DNA of 64,000 bases, taken from contig CM022677.1 of the NCBI GenBank assembly GCA_012295275.1, positions 19,406,001-19,470,000 on the forward strand. Direction: 5' to 3'. The translations under genes and the position numbers were made by a program. Below the pieces are notes generated by a model, which saw only the letters and a program-made list of their open reading frames with translations, searched no databases and had not been told where the DNA came from. Positions 54,019 to 64,000 of the stretch are shown here, in pieces; position 1 is the stretch's first letter; each line of letters opens with the position of its first letter. This DNA comes from Chrysomallon squamiferum (Eukaryota; Animalia; Mollusca).

Positions 54019-54807
54019 ATGACATGGGAACCTTTCTTATCAGATCTAGACAGAAGAAGATCAGAAAGATATTTCGACCGAGAATTTTCGGAACAAGCAG
54101 GTCCTGGCACTTCTCTCATTTACAAAACGGTTACAGGCAGAATAAGCAGCAAAGGTATAGATATTAATTCAGAGTTCAATTCTTGCAGCAAGTGGACTTT
54201 AAATGAGTTCAATAAATGCATTGATTTTGATGATTTGAGAAGACTGAATATTGGGACAAAGAATGTCGATCACTGCAGTTCATTGGAATCCATTATTAGT
54301 GAAAACCTACACATGTTCCAGATTGATTCAAAAAGGCCTGATATTCATAAAGTCCTGAGAAGAAAGGTCGATGTAAGAATATTGATAAACTCTATACTTC
54401 AGAACTTGTGTAAAGATCTTAAATTTGGTGTCAAAACAGAAGAGAAAATTAAACCAGTTGGTCTTCCCTCTTGCAAATTTGATTTTCTGTTCTATAACCA
54501 TCGCGGGAAACCGATTGGATGCTTAAAAACGAAATCATCTTCCACTATGAACAGTAAAGCATTTGTTCAAGCAGTCCTCGAACTTTTTGTTTTACAGCAA
54601 TTTGCTAGCGAAGAAAAGGTCGACGTTAAAAAAGTACCGTTATTCAACATTTTGACAGACGGTCGGAGGTTTGTCTTGCTTCAGGTGAAAGGAGATAAAA
54701 TATTGGTGGAACAGAATGAAGACAACAAACTGAAAATTCATACTGATGGAGTCATGGAATCCCTTTACAGGCTGATTCAAATGAGTGTTGACGCATCTGT
54801 TGAATGA
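54019..54807 (+). CDS. PD-(D/E)xK restriction-endonuclease-like protein, copy 2, 262 aa
   Basis: Same acceptor (exon starts 53984); the first ATG is AAG here, so the second Met is used; C-terminal ~150 aa differ from copy 1 at only 2 residues; AATAAA at 55188. Confidence 0.8.
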   Translation: MTWEPFLSDLDRRRSERYFDREFSEQAGPGTSLIYKTVTGRISSKGIDINSEFNSCSKWTLNEFNKCIDFDDLRRLNIGTKNVDHCSSLESIISENLHMFQIDSKRPDIHKVLRRKVDVRILINSILQNLCKDLKFGVKTEEKIKPVGLPSCKFDFLFYNHRGKPIGCLKTKSSSTMNSKAFVQAVLELFVLQQFASEEKVDVKKVPLFNILTDGRRFVLLQVKGDKILVEQNEDNKLKIHTDGVMESLYRLIQMSVDASVE

Positions 54808-55309
54808 CTACAGAGGTCTTGACTCGTAACATAAATTCTGGAAACTTGATGGAATTGAGCATTTAAAATCTAAACTTGATAGCATGCTTGTACTTACACA
54901 AAATCTGAAGAATTATTTAGTAACTGTAAAAGTAATGATTGAATCACTATAGTTTTTCTTATGAAAATTTAGTTATTGGAACTGTTGTCTTATCTTCAGA
55001 TATTCTCTCTGTATCTTTAATGTATTTATCTTAATTTTTTATTAATACACTTACTGCATTAATAATTATTCACTGCATATAAGTTGTACTAAAATTATTT
55101 TACTAAATTTTATATCAAGACATTGTGTTATGTTTATACAGAAAATATAGCTATACTTACGACAGTAGAAATATATATTACATGCTTAATAAATATATGT
55201 ATTAATGAATTAATATCCTTGTAATGAACGATGTTTGGCATCGCCAAATATAAATTATTAACTGTGGTTGAAGATCTTTTATTATTTCAGTGAGTTGATT
55301 TGAAATGTA

Positions 55310-55361
<52 letters not shown>

Positions 55362-56752
55362 TGTGTATTAAATTATAACATTTATTACCATACACTTCAA
55401 TGCAGGCGTTCTGTTGTAGTCTGATTATATAGGTTAAAATGTATTTACCAGTCTATAACTTTGGTGATATGGATCTGTGAACAAACATAACATGTGACTT
55501 GTATGTTTTCATATTTTTTATTATCATATATTTGACATTGTACTATCGTCGTTTCAATGTTCTGTGTACAAAACTCTCGTGTTTGATCACTTATCAAAAT
55601 GATATGAACTTTGTACTTGTTATCTTTATATAAGTTTACACATTTACTTATCTTAACTGATGCATTTTAAAACTAGACATACAGTCTAATCACATGTAAA
55701 TAAAATATATACAGTGCCAGGTATCCGACATCACAAATTTGTGTGCGCAAACGTAAATAATTGGAAACCCTAGATATTTGTATGAAATGTGGCAGACTTT
55801 TTTTTGTTCTTTGGTTATCTTGCAGCAGTCGAGTACACATGGAAATATGGAACTCCAACATTCTCGTCTGCGAACAAATGAACATTTTGTACATTGCTCA
55901 GCAAGAAGCTTTATAAGGGTCAACAAGGATAATTTACTGCTTTTCGAGCGTATATTAGTTCGAATCTAGCGCCAGATATGAAGGATATTCTTTGTCCCCT
56001 TCTGTCATGTATACGTACAAAAAACAATAGTTAATAACTGATACAATCAAAAACGGGACTACATACTAAACTGGATACCTCACAGGAGATCTAAAAACAC
56101 GTGTTTTAAATTCGGGTGCTAGAGATCATGTTTCTTCTTTTCTTTATTATCCAGGTATATCTTAGTTCAAGCAAGGGACTGACTCACAATAGTCACAGAG
56201 GAGGGGAACAGGGCCGGTACTGACTATTCAATATTTTATTTATCTATATAAGAAAACGATAACTGTTTAAAAATTGATTTATAAGTGCTTTAAAACGAAT
56301 GTATGCTCGGTGGATTTTTTTTCCTAAACTGTTACTCAGATGATGATAAGTTGATGATAAGTAATGTAAAATATTTATAAGTATAATTAAACAACTAAAT
56401 GAGTGCAAACAAGCAAAGTGAACGTTATACGTTATACATGAGTAAACAAATAAAATGTAGTCTGATTATTATTGTATGCTGTATTTACGTTAGCGACACT
56501 AACAACACCACCAACAACAATAATAATAATAATAATAATAATAGGAAAGACTGATATAGATTTTCGTGTGAAAACAAACAGTGAGATACATGTTTTATTT
56601 AGTCAATTTGTAAAATATATATTCTTATAATGTAATGAAGTTAACAGTTAATATTATTTATTTATTTATTCATGTATTTATTTGTAATGAAATAAAGCTA
56701 TGCACTACATATATCTCAATACGTACATACATGTTATTATTATTATTATTAC

Positions 56753-56785
<33 letters not shown>

Positions 56786-57519
56786 GTGCACGTGACTAAA
56801 AATCATGCGCTCACTTTGTGTCCCGTTTTCCACTCGTACAGTTTATTTATACCGCCAGTTCACTATTCAAGTTTACACAAGATATACCTTTGTTTGTGTT
56901 TAGTTTACAACACCATTATAAACATTACAAAAGGGAGATAGAGTTGTGTTACTCAGTATATCTTAGTCTTGTCCTTATCTCCAATCGTGGTGTTTATTTA
57001 TAAACCTTACAAAGACTCGATATTCTCGTTTTCCTATTCATGTTTAAAAGAATCATGATAGATCTATTAAAAATAGAATTAAATAAATAAATAAATAAAT
57101 AAATATTTATTATCTATTTGTTTATTTGCTTGACTGTTTGTTGTTTTCCGTTTTAATTAATTAATTAATTATTTATTGTTATTACTACTACTATGTGCAC
57201 GTGATCAAAAATCATGCGCTCACTTTGTGTCCCGTTTTCCACTCGTACAGTTTATTTATACCGCCAGTTCACTATTCAAGTTTAAACAAGATATGTCTTT
57301 GTTCGCGAAGTGTATTAACTTACATTGTCATTCTACAAACTACCGGGACAAACTATGACAAATATTGTTCAAAAGTGATTATTTATTTATTTATTATTAG
57401 TATTATACTTTTATTTATTTACTTTGTTTCTTGTCCGGTTTTCTTAAGTTATTAATTTATTTACTATTATTATTATTTCATTATTATTATTGTTATTATT
57501 ATTATTATTATTATTATGC

Positions 57520-58022
57520 AGTTTTTTGCTAAATTTCTCTTTTATGACCGTGGATCCTAAGAAAGTGAGTGCAAAGGACAGTGCTGAGAAGAAGAAGCGG
57601 ATAATGTCCGTTGAATTAAAGCATGAAATCTTAGAAAAACATGAGCGAGGTGTGAATGTAGTCGACTTGACTAGGCAGTAGGAGTGTTGTACTTCTACAA
57701 TATGTACCATACTGAAGTAGAAGGCTATATCTTCAGCCAAAGGATTTAAAATAATCTGTCTGATTTACAAGATAAATACACTTTACAGAACCAATTTATT
57801 TCTTTACATTCTCTTTTCTTTTTATAAAATATTTGTCATTTATGCATACATTTTGCTTATTTTAATCATTTTAGAAACAATTCGTGTAATTTTTGGGGAG
57901 ATGGAACGGATTACTGGTATTTCAATTAATTTCAGTGGGGAAAATTGATTTGATATACGAGCAAATTAAGTTAGGAACTCAGTCCAGGAACAAATTAAAC
58001 TTGTAAGCCAAGGTACCAATGC
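57520..58022 (+). mobile_element. second copy of the Tigger relic, duplicated with the unit
   Basis: DPKKVSAKDSAEKKKRIMSVELKHEILEKHERGVNVVDLTRQ*; same flanks as 42610-43120. Confidence 0.85.
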
Positions 58023-60556
58023 ATACATGATTAACCAACAATTCAGAAACTAAATTTATATAATTTTAATTATTTCTTTATTTGTCTAGCGTGAAAAAAT
58101 ATCATTATTTCAAAACAGCAAAATTTAAAAATGCTCCGCTTATATAGAGTGATAGTTACACAAGTTTCTTTCTTAAAAGGAGTAATTTAAATAACAACAG
58201 CAACAACAAAATGTATAATGATGAATAAATAAATAAATTAAGATATTTATGTTTAGAAACAAAAAACAAAAAAAGAAAAACCGAAAAACAAAAACTTATA
58301 TAAAGAAAAACAATATATCTGAATACATACAAACATTAGGGTAATAAATTAAAAATAAATAAATAATTAAAAATTAAGATCAGCTGAAACATAAACAAAT
58401 AAATAACTATAAAGATCAGACAAAACATAAATAAATAAAATGTTAAAAAAAATTCAAATTAAATTAAAAACGAAAGGATAAGGTTATAAACCTAATTAGT
58501 ATGTGTTCATCTGCTAATATTAAGTCTGCTTATTTGCATAAAAGCAGCAAGATTTTATAGAAATCAAGAAAATAATACTGAAAATGACATCGATTTCTAC
58601 GAATTACTGACTTTTTCATTTCTTTATTTAAAAACGAAACAAGATGCTTCCTAGAAATAGAGCTAGTTTGAACAGTTCGACTTATCTACATATTTGTGGT
58701 AATCTTGTATAATAATATAACGTACAAAGACAGATAACTCTAGTAGTAAAATTATTTTCAAACGTGCTTCGATCTGAAATCGATGTATAAATTACATTCC
58801 TCAGTGTAGAAATTAAATCACTTCAACTTTAGCCAGGTAAGTTTAATCTGTTTCGTATATATTATGTTTTATTCTCTAAATGTATAGTGTGTGTCTCTGT
58901 CTGTGTGTGCATGTGCGTTTGTGTCTGTACGTACTTAGCTTGGGTTTGCGTGCGGGTGTATAGGTCCTTATCTACCTATTCTTGTGTATAAAGGTATGGT
59001 TACTTTAGAGCTATCAGAGGGCTTAGGAGTCTACACTGACAAGTACAGGCCTGTGTGTAAGTGAATATTTCAACTAGGAATTTTATAACATTTTGTTTTC
59101 TGGATATTATATTATTCGAAAGAATAAAATAATAATAATAATAAATTTAGTTCTGGTTTAGTTGTCAAAGATGCTTTATTTTCACGTGCTGTGCCACTAG
59201 TGACCTGTTTAGTTGTCGTATTAATACAAGTATAAACGCCACCATTTTACACTGTCAAAGCTGGGTGTGTGACGTCGTAACTTAGACGGCCTCCTCATAG
59301 TAGTGTACGTTTTTCTCTAGCGCACTAAAACAAATAATAATAATAAGTAAGTAAATGAATAAAAATAACTATAATGAAAACTTTTTTAAAAATATACCTG
59401 TAAATAATGAAACAGTCAAATAAAAATAAATATATAGATAAATAATAAACAAATAAAACAATATGACAATAATATAGAAAAACAGAAAAACAACAATAAA
59501 TGAGTAAATAAATAAATAAATAAATAAAAATTAATATATCTGAATACGTCTATATACACTATGGCTATAAACTAGCAAGGAAATATGAAACCCGATATTT
59601 TTCATGTCGTAGAAAAGAGAAAGAAAGAAAGAAAGAAGTAAATAATTGTTTCTTATCTCTCATCTACGCTTAAAAACTTCATATTAGGCAGTTCAAATAT
59701 TATGTAACCTGTAAAATTTGTTCTGAAAATAAGGTAAATAAATTTATTCTTTTGTCTTATAACAAGGGTCGATAAATGACCGTCGGTCAAAAGAGTGTCG
59801 ACTTAACTATTGCGGTCGAATGTTGACATTTGTAAAATAAATAAAAATAATACAATTTGCTGATACTCATTTTTAATTTATATGTATATATCGTTTTATG
59901 TTCTATTTGAACTTTAATGAAAGATTATACGGATTATTTGAAATACTAGTAACTAGTAATTCCATTTAATGTCCGTAAAATATAGCTAGTTGTGTAGCAG
60001 TGGTAAGCAGTAGTTGGGGGGGGGGAGAGCAAGGGCCAAAGGGATTCAATTCAATTCAGATAGTTGTATATGAGGGTCATATGCGCCAGAGATCAGTCTC
60101 TTCCATTCGAACGTCTTCACAACAACTGCTGCCCTGTCAGATAGCGTGCATGTCGCAACTCGCTCTGATTAGCACGTTAATATTTTTTTCATTTCTTTCC
60201 ATTCCAGAAATTAGTCTCTTCCATTCGAATGCGATTACAACAACTGCAGGAAAACATATATGTGATTTTTCATCCAGTGGAATCCACCATTTTAATATAT
60301 CAAAAACGTAGAGAGAGAGAGAGAGAAAAAAAAAACGCCTAGAAATTAAGAAGAAAACGTCTGTCCACGGTAACAGAGGAAACGAAATCGAAAGACGCTA
60401 GAGCCACGAAGCACAAGTCAAAGGACCAAGGCAGGAACACAACAGGACCAATCCAGAATTGAACGACAAGACTTTGATTTGGGCGCAGGAAAAAGCAGTG
60501 AAAAACGGTGAGTTAGATACTTCTACTGGGTATTGTGAAATTGGTTGTGTCGATAC

Positions 60557-61974
60557 GGCTTAGTCCCATTTGGTAGAATCCCATTTCGTAGAAAGGCTAA
60601 ATGTGGTTCAGTAGTCTTATTGACATGTTTGGTTTTACCTCAGTCATTTTAATGAACTGCTCCAGATTATTTGGAAAGCGATTATTATTGTACAAATACA
60701 GTAATATCTCGCTTAACGATACCACACTTTAACAATCTTTCTTCTTTACAAATTATATAAATAGAAATTTAATTTAATAGTTAATTGCTCGAAATAAATG
60801 ATACAAATGTATACAGTGCATGTTTTTAAGTCCTTTTTCTTTAATTTTTCGTTCATTCACGAGCTTCTCTCAGCTGTGTTGATCAGTTGACACGTCATAC
60901 GTGCATCTGATATTCTGATTCTCTTTTCTCTTCAGTTTCGATTTAGACTTAAACTCATTTGTAATTTACCCCTCCAATATGTCAAAATGAATAACAGTAT
61001 ACCGGCAAATGCTGATGATAAAAGAAACGGAAGGCAATAACTTTAGAAACAAAATACATTATCTTAAATGAAACCAAACCCACAAGGAGCGGCATATACT
61101 TATTTCTTAATGTATTTGTATAAATTGATTTGTAAATGATTTACTGTTTATTTAATATCTACAATCTATTAAATCATTTATGTCTAAACTGCCGTTTTAT
61201 TTCTCCTTATTTCAACATTTTGTTTTATGTCAGATCTCATCAGCGAGAAAGTAAGCACTGCTTTTAACCTTAATTCTATGTAAATTAGTCTCCCGCTTAC
61301 CTCACTTAATTATTGGAAGTTTTGGAACCAATTACATCTTTAATCTGAGGTATTATTGTAGTATGGATATTGCTTATCGCATGAAGTATGCAAATATGAC
61401 AAATATTGAAATAATCTATGTATCAAATATAGTGAATGTAAATAATTAAAAAAGAAGGTATTTATCTAAAAGTATTCCCAATGATTTGGTCCTTCGTATA
61501 AACTTTTTCAGTCATAGCCAAAGTATTTGCAGGTCGTAATATCTTTAGTATTCATACTATGTCACATATATTGTATAATATGTGCACAATCTGAATATGT
61601 CTGTGTGCATAACGTAAATATGATCAGTAACAGATATCTTGTACATGTTTAAGCTGAATACGGTTGAATTCGAAAAGTTAATGATAAATGTAACGTTCAA
61701 ATATTCTATTTACTGAATATAAGTAAATTACTCATATGTAAAATATGTTTTGTTAAAAATTATATTTGCTGAATTAGTTATTTATAATATTTTTGTCGTA
61801 TTCTCTTACAGAAGCAAGCCATTTTTCTTTTCTTTCATTATTTTTTCGTTTTGTTTTTTAATAGACAGATGAAATTGATGTAAAATTGTTTATTATTGGT
61901 TGCTTGTTTTGTAACGGAAATGAAATGTTTATGAATTAGAAATGACCAGTTTAAAAAAAAAAAAAAAAAAAAAA

Positions 61975-62017
<43 letters not shown>

Positions 62018-62409
62018 GTAACAGTAATTATAATAAGAAGAATAAGAAGAATAACAATAATAATAATAATAACAACAATAATAATAGTAATAATATTATA
62101 TAATAATAATAATAATAATGTTGATGATGATAATTATGATGATGATAATGAGAAGGAGGAAGATGATGAAATAATGAAAAAGTAACAAATCAAGAACAAA
62201 TGAGTTGTTAAATGCTTATTCTGCTTTCGGTTGATGTTACATAATCGATTTAGGAACAATGCGCTCCCCCTCTGAATGTTAGAAAGAAACCAGATGTATG
62301 CACAGGCCAAGTTCATTATATACAGAGGTAATCAGGTATTGCGGTAAACCAGATTTTTCTACGAAATGGGAATTATACGAACTGGGAATCTACCAAATGG
62401 GAAGACACC
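60557..62409. mobile_element. non-autonomous DNA transposon with 8-bp TSD and repeat-structured TIRs (MULE/foldback-like; superfamily uncertain)
   Basis: TSD GTCGATAC at 60549-60556 and 62410-62417; ends GG...TCCCATTTGGTAGAATCCCATTTCGTAGAAA and its inverted counterpart; empty sites in the paralogs at ~45135 and ~51403. Confidence 0.9.
60699..61358 (+). mobile_element. Tigger-derived MITE nested in the 8-bp-TSD element
   Basis: TA-flanked imperfect TIRs CAGTAATATCTCGCTTAA / TTAATCTGAGGTATTATTG; internal KKRKAITLETKYII HTH remnant at ~61022-61065. Confidence 0.75.
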
Positions 62410-63990
62410 GTCGATACAAATGTAAGAACGCTAGGAGCGCTCGCTACCCCTCAGCTCATTCAGTTACCTTTTCTGTACAACTGGAAAGGTCTGACTCTGT
62501 TTAAAATGATTATGTTTGCTCATGTTTAAAATAACTTGGCTATGTTTTTCTCCAATGTTCCTGCTTTTAACATACACATTATAGCACCTGTATATCGAAA
62601 TCGCTGTAAGTTGTTTCCTACAAGGCCAAATCGCCATATATTTTATATGCAACTAAAAGACCCTGTGTTGTTTTTAATAATTATATTTCTATGTTGGTTA
62701 TATTAATAACTTGTAGGATTCATGTTTTATTGTTTTGACTTTTACTTTATATAAGTTCTGAAATAAATGAAGTAACATTTTTTTGCCAATGGAATACATT
62801 TTAATTTGACATTTTCACCAAAATGATTAGCATTGCTAACAAGTGGACAGTACATTTCACTCGATTGGGGAAAATGCTGAGCTATCCATAATATTGTGCA
62901 TGTGTATTTGCAAACGGGCAAATTTAAAAAAAGAAAAAAAAAAAAAAAATGAAGAAAACAACAAGAGAAAATCCCAAGCAGAGAAAACGAAATACAAGTA
63001 TGGAGTAAGAAATCAAGAACGAAAAATTGAAAATGACTGATTTCTACGAATTACTGACTCTTTCATTTATTTATTTAAAAACAAAAAAAAAGACGTTTGC
63101 AAGAAATAGACATAGATTGAATAGTTCGAGTTACCTAAATGTTTCTGATATACATGTGTAATTACTTATGTCTGTATGTTTCTGTGTGTATGTGTGTGTG
63201 TGTGCGTTTGTGTGTGTGCATACTTGCTTCTGTGCAGGTATATATGTGTGTATCTCTATTCTTGTATGTGTGAGTGTGTGTGTAGGGATGCTTATTTGAC
63301 GCTAAATGATTTTATAACATTTGTGTTCAAAAGAAACCTTTTGTCTCTGTGATAAAAATTAAAATGTCATTTCATTCATAGAAACAGTTGTTTGTGTTTG
63401 TATGCAGCCTTATTTTTATATTTCAACTGGGAATTTTATGACATTTTTGTCCTGGATAGTGTGCTTCGACAGAATTGAAGAATTAATATTAATAAAAATA
63501 AATAAATAAACAGGTCGATCATCACTGATCCGACAGTCACTTAAACTGGTTGGTTCGGTAGTCGGGCACAAATTTTTGATAACATTTGATCTTGCTGCAT
63601 AAACACTGCTAGCATCACTTGCAAACATTGTCATTAATAGGTATTCATTTACTGTTGTATCAGGAATGATGCACTTTAAATCCCAGAGAATTAAAAAGGC
63701 TGTATTTGTTTATGAACTTGTAAAGGGACATGTTACAATACAAATATCATACAGATAAAATTATTGATTATAAATAAAAAATAAACACAATATAAACAAA
63801 TAAAATTGAAAATGAAAGTATTAAAAATTGAATTTTAAAACGTCACTTTGACGTAATGTAGTTAATTAGTTTCTATATTATATTAATAATGTATCGGGTT
63901 CAGGGTTTGCTTACTTAATTATAAAGTGTTTCTTTTTTCATCTTTATTAACAGACTAATTAATGAACCCTGTCTGCTCCGTTTTTCAGAA

Positions 63991-64000
63991 ATGGCCAAGA
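63991..64000 (+). CDS. start of REase-like gene copy 3, runs off the window
   Basis: Same intron end CTGCTCCGTTTTTCAG|AA followed by ATG GCC AAG; the upstream blocks are paralogous to those of copies 1 and 2. Confidence 0.7.

Larger units (their letters stand above)
40085..64000 (+). repeat. tandem segmental duplication array (about three gene-bearing units plus an orphan 3' flank)
   Basis: Blocks recur: 40400-41900 ~ 49150-50640 ~ 55430-56940; 42600-45100 ~ 57520-60550; 45040-48540 ~ 51305-54810 ~ 60455-64000; 40085-40560 ~ 50640-51115. Confidence 0.95.

Noticed and set aside
59320-59845. ~530-bp segment present in unit 3 but absent at ~44455 in unit 1 as a transposon
   Set aside because: It contains GGTCGA-type short repeats, but I could not identify TIRs or a TSD; it may simply be a deletion in unit 1.

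Overview
AT-rich, microsatellite-dense animal genomic DNA. It is inferred to be lophotrochozoan, probably mollusc and possibly cephalopod, from the Gq sequence and repeat landscape; this cannot be proven from the window. (1) 1-~22.8 kb: coding exons 2-8 of a G-protein alpha-q gene on + (exon 1 lies upstream of the window). Two exons are locally corrupted, and a probable ~10 kb 3' UTR follows. (2) ~23.6-24.8 kb: decayed Ty3/Gypsy gag-protease relic. (3) 27.4-38.7 kb: a 10-coding-exon cysteine-containing LRR (FBXL/AMN1-like) gene on -, ~1313 aa, with a 2.3 kb exon packed with CCAAT-box and Staf/ZNF143-like DNA motifs and one frameshift. (4) 40-64 kb: a tandem segmental-duplication array carrying two complete copies, and the start of a third, of a single-coding-exon gene with a PD-(D/E)xK restriction-endonuclease-like fold (Crinkler-REase/HsdR-N-like). 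These copies have a hypervariable N-terminus, a homogenised C-terminus, Lys in place of two expected Glu residues, and repeated upstream modules with STAT(GAS)/IRF-like motifs. This array is the best candidate for an undescribed, possibly immune, effector system. Across the window, several introns contain tandem repeats copied from the neighbouring exon-intron junction (splice-site echoes). Several DNA-transposon relics are present, one with an 8-bp TSD and empty sites in the paralogous copies.
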